From Octopus sinensis (Eukaryota): a stretch of DNA of 64,000 nucleotides. The stretch spans positions 25,048,001 through 25,112,000 of the forward strand of contig NC_043017.1 in assembly GCF_006345805.1 (NCBI RefSeq), written 5' to 3'. The position numbers and the translations under genes were made by a program. Positions 1-11,922 of this stretch are shown in pieces. How positions within the stretch are numbered: the first letter of the stretch is position 1; the number at the start of each line of letters is the position of its first letter. The notes beneath the pieces were generated by a model. That model ran no database searches. It saw nothing but the letters and a program-made list of their open reading frames with translations, and had not been told where the DNA came from.

Positions 1-42
1 TAGTTCAACAGTAGAGACCGATAGAGTAACTACCAGGCTAAA

Positions 43-262
43 CCCTTTAGTGTTCTGATTATTCCATCAAACATAATGCCTATTGATTCACATTGATTTG
101 AATTAATCATGCATTATCTCATATCTTCAAGATCTTGATGGTGTAATTACTTAATGTAGAATAACATTGTAGGGTAGGTGTGAGAGCCTGGATCTGGTCA
201 GTTTGAACATAAAACAGATTAAATATTTTGGCCGGATATGTACCGGTTTAAATACTAAAGGG
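43..262 (+). mobile_element. TTAA-type (piggyBac-like) MITE, family 1
   Basis: TIR ccctttag / ctaaaggg, right flank TTAA; inserted in a SINE 3' part. Confidence 0.8.
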
Positions 263-504
263 TTAAGAAAAAAAGTACTTGGATCAGTTCATTAGACTAA
301 AAACTCTTCAACATAGGTGCTCCAGCATGGCCACAGTCTAATGACTGAAACAAGTAAAAGATAAAAGTTGTTGTGTGAAAGGCACAACCTCGCATGATGC
401 GCAACAGAACTAGCGTTGCCATCTCAGTTGGCCAGTTGCAATTATCAGATGTGCAGAGTATGCATCAGCTCTCCTGACCTCTTGAAAAGCCATCATTATA
501 ATTT

Positions 505-728
505 GGTGACGGCGAGCTGGCAGAAACGTTAGCACGCCGGGCGAAATGCGTAGCTGTATTTCGTTTGTCGTTATGTTCCAAGTTCAAATTCCGCCGAGGT
601 CGACTTTGCCTTTCATCCTTTCGGGGTCGATAAATTAAGTACCAATTACGCACTGGGGTCGATGTAATTGACTTAATCCTTTTGTCTGTCCCCTCTGTGT
701 TTAGCCCCTTGTAGGTAGTAAAGAAATA
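505..728 (+). mobile_element. SINE family A (tRNA-like head, Meta-domain-like body)
   Basis: ggcgagctggcagaaacgttagc...gagttcaaattcc B-box-like...gtcgactttgcctttcatcctttcggggtcgataaattaagtacc; many copies in the window. Confidence 0.85.
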
Positions 729-811
729 TATAATTTTGAAGTTTTAACTGTTTTTATTCATCTGTTCTCTTTTTCTTTCTTCTCTCTTTTTTTTTAAAAT
801 TTTATTTGAAG

Positions 812-959
812 ACGAATAACAAAGGAACCAACACAGCACAAGATCTGGACTGCACGAAGACAAACGGCAGGCTGGACAATGAATTAGTAACCAAGCATGA
901 CATGATCAGCTACCAGTCTCCAGATGGTCGCATAAACAATCGTCTGCCTCCCATAAATG
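812..959 (+). CDS. Internal coding exon of an unidentified gene (TNNKGTNTAQDLDCTKTNGRLDNELVTKHDMISYQSPDGRINNRLPPIN), phase 0 to 1
   Basis: Long pyrimidine tract then AG at 810-811; donor G|GTGAGA at 960; 148 nt open frame; GC-richer non-repetitive island; phase matches the exon at 49859. Confidence 0.8.
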
Positions 960-1122
960 GTGAGATTTTGCCATTCATTTAAAATCAAGAAAACAAAGAT
1001 TTCATACATGCAGTCATAACACACACACATTCACACACACACTCACACACACACACAATGTGCTTGCTGCCCTATATGCTGAGCAGTACAGAAGGAGCTA
1101 AAAATGCAAAAAATATTGTGTT

Positions 1123-1179
<57 letters not shown>

Positions 1180-1797
1180 TTTATATATATATATATACAC
1201 ATTTATATATATATATATATACACACATTATATATATATATATATATATATACATACATACACACACTCTCAAACATGCACATATATAGATATACACACA
1301 CATACACGCACTCATACATGTACATATATACATGTGTGTGTGTATATATATGTACACAATACCTGGGACATGGATTTGGCACATGGAAACTGCAGGAAGC
1401 TTGTTGTGTGTGTGTGTGTATCCATGCAACATTTATGCCCATGAATGTTGATCTTTCACATTTATCACCATTTGAATGAAGCAGTGATGATGTTGACATT
1501 CCATGGTGTTAACATTATAGGTTGGGGGGGTTGCACTGCACCTTTAAAGATATTTTGAATAAAATGGGTGAGGGTTCATGGCAAGAGGAGCATCCATCCA
1601 TAAAACCCTGCCCCAATTAACTCGATATCCATGCCTATGTTAGCATGGCAAAATGCATGCTCAACAAAGAAGTATATATATATAGTATATTGGTATATGC
1701 AGAGAACAGCTTTTCTTTCAAACATTTATATATAAAGACAAATGATTGACTGAAGTTAAGCTTAAACACAGTGCCCATTTCATACAACAGACATGAA

Positions 1798-1834
<37 letters not shown>

Positions 1835-1857
1835 GTATATATAAACATATATGACTC

Positions 1858-2480
1858 TTTAGTCCAGCTTGGTTGTCCTGAAAGGGTCATCAAAATAATG
1901 TATCTCTTCCATGACATGAAGGCCTGGATCAGTGTGGGTGACAAACTTTCAGAACCAATGTCTGTTGGCAATGGTGTCAATGCATTTTAACAGCTAGCCT
2001 GTCCTTATTTGTTTACATGAATACTCAGAGAAGGATTTGGAGTGGTTTGTTCTACTGGACCTGGGTTGATAGAGTTTGAAGTGCATCACTTTTAAGCATA
2101 AAACAAAATGTGTGTGTACATTTGAATGCAGAGGATGTGTGAAGACTGGTAATAAATAAAGTAAGCATGCTCTACCAGTTGTGTAATATTAAGTGCATGA
2201 GCAATGTGGTACTAATGAGCTGAGAGAAAAACTAAATGTAAGGGGGATCAAACATTGTGGGGAAGAGAGAAGACTGTTGATATGTAATATGAATGGATGA
2301 TGATAGGCAAGAATGGAAGAACCAGATAGAAGGAAACTGTGCAAGAGGAAGACAAAGGAAGCCATGGGCTGAAGTGGTGAAAGTTGATGACAGGATGTCA
2401 ACCCTCGCAAAGGAGATTACAAAAGATTGCAGCAGAGATGTTGTTTTGGAGAAGATCCTGCAAGCATGGAAAAGCAGATG
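1858..2480 (+). pseudogene. RTE-clade LINE fragments (RT segment and C-terminus)
   Basis: QLGCPERVIKIMYLFHD...SEPMSVGNGV matches the RTE RT segment before KQG; ELREKLNVRGI..EERRL and EGNCARGRQRKPWAEVVK match the RTE C-terminus. Confidence 0.7.
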
Positions 2481-2934
2481 TAAAAAAAATTATGAGATTA
2501 TATATGCATTTATATGTACTTGTTGACTGATTTGTGTGTATGTATATTTATATCTATGTGTATATATATATATATGTATATATATATGTGTGTGTGTATA
2601 TATATATGTATATATATATATGTGTGTGTGTATATATATATGTATATTTATATGTGTGTATGTATATATATATATCTGTATGTATATGTGCGCATGTGTA
2701 TGTATATGTGTATATATGCATATATATATGTGTATATATCTATATATATATATGTACGTATATATATATATGTATATATATATCTGTATGTATATATATA
2801 TATATATATATAGTATATATATATATATCTGTATGTATATGTGTGCATGTGTATGTATATGTGTGTATATATGCATATATATATATGTGTATATATATAT
2901 ATATATGTACGTATATATATATATATGTACGTAT

Positions 2935-2985
<51 letters not shown>

Positions 2986-2986
2986 T

Positions 2987-3507
2987 GTTTGTGTGTGTGG
3001 AAGTGATGTAAAGAAAGACACACACACACACCTTAATGTCACTGGGTTCACATTTAGTCGGTAGGATAAATAAAACAAACTTCTATTCAGCCTGTCATGC
3101 AGTGTGACTTCAGTTGCCTTGCAATCATTGTTTAACTATATCAGCTTATGACTGATTTTTGCTTAGCATGCAACACCAGTAGATACTTGCTACTGATTAG
3201 GCTCAAAGAAGCAGAAATCTGGATTTAGCAATGTTTCTGGACAGGATGTCTGTCTACCATTACTGCTGCTATATATCTGTGTTTCTTCAACACAGGTTGC
3301 TTACTAATACTGCTTTCATCACTAATAACAAATGTGTGTCTATGTATGTATATGTGTGTGTGTATGCAGTATATATATATATTTGCACTCATATACTTAT
3401 ATGTGTATATATATATATATTTGCACTCATATACATATATATGTATATATATATATATATATATATCTATATAGGTGCACTCATATACATATATATGTGT
3501 ATGTATG

Positions 3508-3538
<31 letters not shown>

Positions 3539-3547
3539 ATATATATG

Positions 3548-3617
<70 letters not shown>

Positions 3618-4064
3618 TGTGTGTGTGGAAGTGATGTAAAGAAAGACACACACACACACCTTAATGTCACTGGGTTCACATTTAGTCGGTAGGATAAATA
3701 AAACAAACTTCTATTCAGCCTGTCATGCAGTGTGACTTCAGTTGCCTTGCAATCATTGTTAACTATATCAGCTTATGACTGATTTTTGCTTAGCATGCAA
3801 CACCAGTAGATACTTGCTACTGATTAGGCTCAAAGAAGCAGAAATCTGGATTTAGCAATGTTTCTGGACAGGATGTCTGTCTACCATTACTGCTGCTATA
3901 TATCTGTGTTTCTTCAACACAGGTTGCTTACTAATACTGCTTTCATCACTAATAACAAATGTGTGTCTATGTATGTATATGTGTGTGTGTATGCAGTATA
4001 TATATATATTTGCACTCATATACTTATATGTGTATATATATATATATTTGCACTCATATACATA

Positions 4065-4095
<31 letters not shown>

Positions 4096-4136
4096 CTATA
4101 TAGGTGCACTCATATACATATATATGTGTATGTATG

Positions 4137-4150
<14 letters not shown>
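2987..4150. repeat. Near-identical tandem duplication, period about 628 bp
   Basis: Unit starting gtttgtgtgtgtggaagtgatg at 2987 and 3615; differences only in homopolymer and microsatellite length. Confidence 0.9.
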
Positions 4151-4167
<17 letters not shown>

Positions 4168-4715
4168 ATATAGAAATCTATTTGCACGCACACACATCAC
4201 ATATGTGTGTATGTGTATATACACACACACACCACACACACACACACACATTACACACACATACATGCACACACATATACACATGCATGCATACATATAG
4301 ATGCACACATGCACAAATATATGTATATATTTACACACATTTATATGAAAATGGTAATGTCTAATATATGTAGTATTTTTCTGAATTTGCTATAATAATT
4401 CCTTATATTTCACTATCAAACTAAATTCAATTGATCTTGTATATTTTTTTCTCCTATATAACCGACAGATGGTTGTATGTATAGTTCAATTTACTTGTTC
4501 TTCTAATTTTGCTCGTGTTTCAGTTTGTTTTTTTTAAATATTTTTGTCATTTTTTTTTTCCTTTTCATCTTCGTCTCTTGTCCATCTTTTATTGATTCCC
4601 AGTCAGTTTTTCTTCACCGTCTCTGCTTAAAGATAATTGGAAATATTTGATTCTCCATTAAACATGTCATCACTGCTTGAGATAGAGTTATAATGTATTT
4701 CAATGTGTGTGTGTG

Positions 4716-4760
<45 letters not shown>

Positions 4761-5068
4761 TATATAATATATTTATGCATACATACATATGTATGTATGT
4801 ATATATATATATATAAATATATATATGCATACATACATACATATGTATGTATATATGTAATATATATATATATATACATACATAAATATGTGTGTGATTG
4901 TATTTATAAGTGTTTATATACATACACATACATATAAGTGTGTAATTATATAACTGTATAAACACGATATATATAAAATATGAAATATTTATTTAATATA
5001 TATATATATATATATACATACATGTGTGTATAATATATTTTTATGTGTGTGTGTATATATATAATATG

Positions 5069-5146
<78 letters not shown>

Positions 5147-5541
5147 CTGAGCTGAAACTAGAAAAAAAAAAAATATATATATATATATACACACACACAC
5201 ATACACACACATTGATCCTAACTCTGTTGAAACAAACTAACTCTTGTTCTGCTTGTTCTACTTTTGTATATCTATGTACTGCATATTGAAACAGCCACTA
5301 GCCAGTCGTATATAATGCAAACACACACATTTTCATATTCATAAATAAACCCACCATGTACATGGCTGACATTTATAATAATCATGGAATTTTTTTCATT
5401 GCATTAAATACCCTCAAGTTAACTATGATATATACATAATTAAGGATAAAATTATTAAAAGTTAATGAGTTTATCAGTGGCCAACATATAATAACTGTAT
5501 AGGTAAAAATCAATACATAAATATATAATTATATAGATATG

Positions 5542-5893
5542 ATTATAATTCAGGGCATGAGGGTATAGCAACCTTATGTTAGAGATAGACTGTCAAATAG
5601 TTGTAAACCACCTTGAATTTGCACTGCATTAGCACAATGTTGAATTCAAGGAAGATGGATAAAAAAAAGATTTCGTAAAATTATGGTTAACCTTACTGAT
5701 GAAAGTAGAGTATTTATTACTAAACCAGAAATCTGAGGATTTAGGGTCTACCATAATAATTTTATGAAATCTTTTTTTATCCATTTACCTTGAATCCAAA
5801 TTTGTGCTAATGGAGTGCAAATTCAAAGTGGTTTATATTTGTTTGACTTCTATCTCTAGCATGTAGGTGCTGTACCTTCAGTGCCCTTAATTA

Positions 5894-5896
<3 letters not shown>
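5542..5896. mobile_element. Old imperfect foldback element (~150-bp arms)
   Basis: e.g. aaaccaccttgaatttgcact versus agtgcaaattcaaagtggttt, and tggataaaaaaaagatttc versus gaaatctttttttatcca. Confidence 0.75.
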
Positions 5897-5935
<39 letters not shown>

Positions 5936-6022
5936 GAAAGTTTACGAAAATAAACAAAAGACGAAGGCAGGTGGAGTACAAACAAACAAATGTATTAGTA
6001 TACCGCTCAGGAATAGAAAAAG

Positions 6023-6060
6023 TCTTTTACGTTTCGAGCCTACGCTCTTCGACAGAAAGA
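6023..6060 (-). ncRNA. Hammerhead-like variant (core CUGUCGA) in a (TA)n-flanked repeat at about 5930-6090
   Basis: Minus strand UCUUU-CUGUCGA-A-GAGC-guag-GCUC-GAAACGUA-AAAGA; core A6 replaced; decayed second copy at about 25955-26130. Confidence 0.45.
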
Positions 6061-6194
6061 TACACAGAAAAAAACAAGGATAGAAACAATATATATATAT
6101 ATATACACACATACATATGTATATCTTGGTTATGCTTCATTTTTACTAAGTACTAACATATTTACAAAAATGGTCCATAGAAATATCCTGGGCT

Positions 6195-6592
6195 CTTTTA
6201 TTCTTTTACTTGTTTCAGTCATTTGACTGCGGCCATGCTGGAGCACCACCTTTAGTCGGGCAAATCAACCCCAGGACTTATTCTTTGTAAGCCTAGTACT
6301 TATTCTATCGGTCTCTTTTTGCCGAACTGCTAAGTTACGGTGACGTAAACACACCAGCATCGGTTGTCAAGTGATGTTGGGAGGACAAACACAGACACAC
6401 AAACACACACACACATATATACATATACATATATGGTTTCTTTCAATTTCCGTCTACCAAATCCACTCGCAAGGCTTTGGTCAGCTTGAGGCTATAGTAG
6501 AAGACACTTGCCCAAAGTGCCACACAGTGGGACTGAACCTGGAACCATGTGGTTGGTAAGCAAGCTACTTACCACACAGCCACTCCTGCGCC
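6195..6592 (-). mobile_element. SINE family B (tRNA-like head, CORE-like ccttgggcaagt, internal microsatellite)
   Basis: Reverse complement of ggcgcaggagtggctgtgtggtaag...gggttcagtccc...tgactgaaacaagtaaaag. Confidence 0.85.
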
Positions 6593-7557
6593 TATTGATG
6601 ATAGGAATGATCTTTGTCAGCACAAACCAGAGTCCAACTCTAGGATGGCCTGATTTAGTATTTTAAAGTAAAGAGGTCAATTGTAGAGTCCACTTTCTAA
6701 AAGAAACTCTAAAACTGACCTCTTTGCATTTTACAGGGTCTCACTGTTTCATACATTTTAACACTGCTTTGTTTCTCTCCTTTCATTTTAATTTGCTGCC
6801 AAAATCAATTTGGTATAAAAGCAGACTCAGATATGGTTGTGTAGTTTTGGAATCAGTTACACTGCATGGAACCTTTGGCAAGTATCTACTTCTGTAGTCC
6901 TGAACCAGCCAAAGTCCTGTGAGTGGATGTGGTAGACAGAAACTGAAAGAAGTCCTCATGTATTGTGTGTTTGTGTATGTATTTGTCTCCTTGTCTTGAC
7001 ATTATTTCAGAGTTATAAATGTGTTGCTGTCGTGAGCAATGTCACTCATTTCCAATGTTCCATAAAAATGTGTCAGGCCATAGGGAAATATTACCTTGCT
7101 TGGAAGCAGGTGAAAATTGGTGACAAGAAGGGCATTCAGCCTTTAAAAAATGTGTATCAGTGAATTCCATCCAACCTATGTCATTTCTAATCTTCTGTGA
7201 AAACTTGTTACGTCTTGCGAAATATTACTTTGTTTGGAAACAAGTGAAGATTGGCAACAGGAAGGGCATCTAGCTATGGAAAATCTGCTTGAATGGATTC
7301 CACTTAATCCATGTAGGTATGGAAAAAAGGACATTAAAATGATGATGATAGTGAAGGAGTAAAAAGTCAATTAGTTCTTTAGTGAATCACATGCGGTCCC
7401 TGGTCTCATGCATGCATACTTTGGCATAGTGTGGTCCATAGCAGCTCATTTTGCCATTGATTATCAATTGTTGTAGAGGGTTCACCGAACAAGTCACAGA
7501 CAGTTATCAGAGCAAACATAGCCTCTCTGTGTGTTTGTATGTGTATATATGTGTGTG

Positions 7558-7610
<53 letters not shown>

Positions 7611-8792
7611 AAATGCATTGTAAATAATCAACAAGTAAAAAAATGTATACATGTAATGAGTGTACGACTGAACGGAAGACAGACACAGAAAGTCCCTAAT
7701 TCTTCATCAGTTATCAACCAAATAGTAACACTCAGTTTTGCACCGTTAATGAGAAGACTGAGAACTTCCCATGCTGGCGGTCCCCGTGAAAGCCATGGAG
7801 AATATAGGACTTGAAGCAAACAAAACAACATAGAGTCGACATACGAAAGTAAAAAAAAATAAGATGATGGACAAAGGTGAAATAAATAGGAAATGAGAAG
7901 AATACAACCTTAGGGCCAAAAAGACTGGAATGGTGGGTAATGCATGTGTGTATATATAAGTCTTTTATATATGTGTGTGTGTGTATGATAATTGTTCTTT
8001 ATCTGAAGAGTTTCTAATAGGAAATTAAATATTTATGATTCCTTTTAGCCTACTATACACGTATAATGGGGAATAAATAATACCGAAAAATTTCCATTTT
8101 CCTATTTAATTATGTGTATATCATCATCATCATCATCATTTTATGTCCATTGTCCATGCTGGCATGGGTTGGATGGTTTGACCATGGCTGGTAAGCTGAA
8201 AGCCTGCACCAGACTCCAGTCTGATTTGGCATGGTTTCTACAGCTGAATGCCTTTCCTAACGCCAACCATGCCAAGAGTGTGATAGGTAGAATATTAGAG
8301 TATTTTGGCCTGATATGGTCAGTTTAGATGCCAAAGGGTTGATCAGATGGTTTGGCAGCTGCACAGTTCATAAGAGCAGAGAATGTTGTAGCAGTGTCGG
8401 AAGGGATATAGAGGTTTGTGGTGTCTTTATGGGCCACCAATTGTAGTGTTGGTTAGTGAATGAATGCTTGCTTATTTAGAGAGATGACTGTATTTTGCAA
8501 GTTGATTAGTGCATGGCTGTGTATGCTGGTATGGATATATAAGTAAATGAAATGTCCTTGATATAAGAGCAGTCCTTCAAGTATCTTGCAAAGGGTCAGC
8601 TATTCAGAGCAGAATACATTGTATCTTTAACAAAAAAAAAAAGTTTTAATCGGTGTGTCTGTTTAAAACTGGTTTTTCATTACTGCAGAAACAATTATCT
8701 TTCAGTAAAAGTCGTTGCCTATATTTTAATTGTTTTTTTTTTTTTATTTTTTGTTTGTCTTTTTGGTCTTTTTGTTGGTGGAATGAGTCTAG

Positions 8793-8805
8793 ACGTTGTT
8801 GGAAA
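8793..8805 (+). CDS. Candidate 13-nt micro-exon (DVVGK), phase 1 to 2
   Basis: T-rich tract 8730-8777, TAG acceptor, donor AA|GTCAGT; supplies the phase needed to read exon 16193-16302 in its only open frame. Confidence 0.4.
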
Positions 8806-8962
8806 GTCAGTATTTATTGAATTTGGTTTCAAAACACAGCATGATTAATCTAACATTGTGGTTCTGTGGTTTAGTATTTTTACTGGTAGGAACACGAGAG
8901 AAAGAAAGTGCAAAAAGAAAAGCCAGATCTTTGTGTATATGTGTGTTCATATACATATGTGT

Positions 8963-8997
<35 letters not shown>

Positions 8998-9026
8998 CGA
9001 GAAAGAAGCAACAAGAATGGATAGGT

Positions 9027-9117
9027 TTTTAGTACAATCGTTTCATACAAGGACAGGCTTTATTAAAAGTTGCAAAAATTACAGCATATAAACGTGTCCC
9101 GTACTCATCAGCTAAAA
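9027..9117 (-). ncRNA. Mirror copy of the hammerhead at 9306-9396
   Basis: Exact reverse complement in the left arm of the foldback. Confidence 0.75.
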
Positions 9118-9305
9118 TACATGTGAGTTCTCTAGACATCCTAGTGGTTGAGGCTATACTCATGAAGTAATGTAGATAATTAAGTAACATAAACAGATTT
9201 CCAGAACTTTAATGAACTTTGGAAATCTGTTTATGTTACTTAATTATCTACATTACTTCATGAGTATAGCCTCAACCACTAGGATGTCTAGAGAACTCAC
9301 ATGTA

Positions 9306-9396
9306 TTTTAGCTGATGAGTACGGGACACGTTTATATGCTGTAATTTTTGCAACTTTTAATAAAGCCTGTCCTTGTATGAAACGATTGTACTAAAA
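9306..9396 (+). ncRNA. Minimal type I hammerhead ribozyme (Penelope-type)
   Basis: Stem I UUUUAG/CUAAAA; core CUGAUGA 9312-9318; stem II GUACGGGACA/UGUCCUUGUAU; GAAAC 9379-9383; near-palindromic stem III ACGAUUGU; cleavage triplet GUA 9388-9390. Confidence 0.75.
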
Positions 9397-10550
9397 ACCT
9401 ATCCATTCTTGTTGCTTCTTTCTCGCTTATAATCACCCCACATTACTGTATTGTTAAAACAGTATAGTTTTTTTTGGTGCATCTAAGTTAGGTACCATAT
9501 TCAAGTAAATTCATTTAAATTAACTTGAATCTTTATTGCTTTTTGTATATATATATATATGTATGAACATATGTGTGTATATATGTGTAGGTCTGTATAC
9601 GTATATGTTTTAAATGTCAACCAGATATTGATGAAGATATTAATTCAGGACCATCACTTTCCTTAACAGACTATAATTACTAGTTTTCTGAATGCCATTA
9701 AACCAGAAATGTCATTGTCTACTTGAGAGAAATAAGTGACAATTCTTCATTCTATTAGGAACATTATGGAGTACAACTAATGTCTCTCCCTCTCTCTCTA
9801 ATGCCTTGTATAACCCAGATTTTTTAATTCTAAGCTGTTGAATGACAGTTCAGGGAACACAGCCAAATTGTTGAATAACACCAGAACAGCCCTGTTCAAA
9901 CAGAACTCTAATGAAAAGGTATTGTGGACATCCTGTCTTTGCTCGGACATTGTAGATTTGGGACTACATTATCCAATGTGTCCTTTCCTGTTTTAAGGTA
10001 GTAAGATATGAATTTGTGTAGGAATTGGCTGCTATTTCTGGAAGGTTGAGCAACTATTTAGAGATCCTACAGTTATCTCAAAATGGTCAATTTTATAGAG
10101 CACCAGAAGGGTTGGTAGATAGTGGTACTAACATTTTGTCTTAAAATAGTTAGGCCCTTCAAGCTTCAAGTAGGTTGTCAATGTCCTAGATATTTTACTT
10201 TCATCAGTTGATCCCATCAAACATGAAGTAGGTGCAAACGTATGCCCTTCACTTCCTATGGAGTAGAGGCCATCCACAACTTTGCTCTACTGTTCTGAAC
10301 TCAGGCTGTCTTTTCTGTTTCTCTCTGGGGAATGATGTTGTCTTGAGATTTGGTAGCAACAAGTCCCCTCAAATCCCAAAAGTCTTGCTTTGGATGTTTT
10401 GCAGAATACAGGATTACACATTTCTGCAGGTCAACCGTGCAAGTCTCAATATCCTTCAGTCCCTTATGTAGCAGTTTGGTTGTTGTTGCTCAGCCCTTGT
10501 GGCCAATAAAAAGAATTTATTATTATTATTATTATTATTATTGTTATTAT

Positions 10551-10910
10551 TCGCTGAGGTTGATCTTACTTTCCATCCTTTTGGGGTTGATAAAATAAGT
10601 ACACTGGGGTCAATGTAATCAACTCATCCTCTCTCCTAAAATTGTTGCCCTTGTGGCAAAATTCGAAACCATTATTATTATTATTATTATAATGAGCTGG
10701 TAGAATCATTACCACGCCGGCAAAATGCTGAGTGGCATTTCGTCTGTCTTCATGTCCTGAGTTCAAATTCTGCCACGGTCGACTTTGCCTTTCATCTTTA
10801 CAGGGTCAATGTAATTAACTAGTCCCCTCCCCTAAAATTTCAAGCCCCGTGCCTTTAGTAGAAAGGATTATTATTATTAATTATTATTATTATTATTATT
10901 GTTATTATTA

Positions 10911-10953
<43 letters not shown>

Positions 10954-11397
10954 TATTAAGGGGATTAATTGGCAGAATCGTTAACACACTGGGCAAAATG
11001 CTTAGTGGCATTTTGTCTGTCTTCATATTCTAAGTTCAAATTCTGCCGAGGTTGACTTTGCCTTTTGTCCTTTTGGGGTCAATGAAATAAGTACCAGTTG
11101 AGTACTGAGATTGATGTAGTCAACTTAACCCTTTAGTATTTAAACCGGCCATATTCGGCCAAAATATTTAATCTGTTTTATGTTCAAACTGATCAGATCC
11201 AGGCTCTCACACCTACCCTACAATGTTATTCTACATTAAGTAATTGCACCATCAAGATCTTGAAGATATGGGATAATGCATGATTAATTAAAATCAATGG
11301 GAATCAATAGGCATTATGTTTGATAGAATAATCTGAACACTAAAGGGTTAAACCCCGCCCCCAAAATTTCAGGCCTTATGCCTTTATAGTAGAAAGG

Positions 11398-11435
<38 letters not shown>

Positions 11436-11887
11436 GGTGATGAGCTGGCAGAATTGTTAGCACACTGGGCAAAATGCTTAGCAGCATTTCATCCGTCTTT
11501 ATGGTCTGAGTTCAAATCCTGCCATGGTTGACTTTTCCTTTCATCCCCTTGGGGTTGATAAAATAAGTACCATTCGAACACTAGGGTTGATGTAATTGAC
11601 TTACCTGCTTCCCGAAATTGCTGGCCTTGTGCTGAAATTTGAAATTGTTGTTATTATTAAATATGTCTTTTCTGTACGTCCCCTTTTATCAACCCTATAC
11701 TGTATGAATTTTATGTAACTATTGTTGTTGTAGTTGTGGTTTATTTTTCTGTGTTCCCTCATCAATATAATTCTGGGAAGTTTTGAGATAAATGTATATT
11801 TCATCATGTCATTTATCAGATGTAATCTCTTTGCTGTTTCTCATCATTGTAACCTGTCCAACCCACTGTATTTTCCCCTCATTAATA

Positions 11888-11922
<35 letters not shown>

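Larger units (their letters stand above)
8992..9545. mobile_element. Penelope-like pLTR remnant with inverted 5' duplication (212-bp arms 8992-9203 and 9220-9431)
   Basis: Inverted repeat with no mismatch seen, 16-nt loop, hammerhead motif, unpaired right-hand extension, (TA)n on both sides. Confidence 0.7.

Noticed and set aside
505-600. tRNA gene calls from A/B-box-like motifs
   Set aside because: They are SINE heads; no full cloverleaf and each continues into a SINE body.
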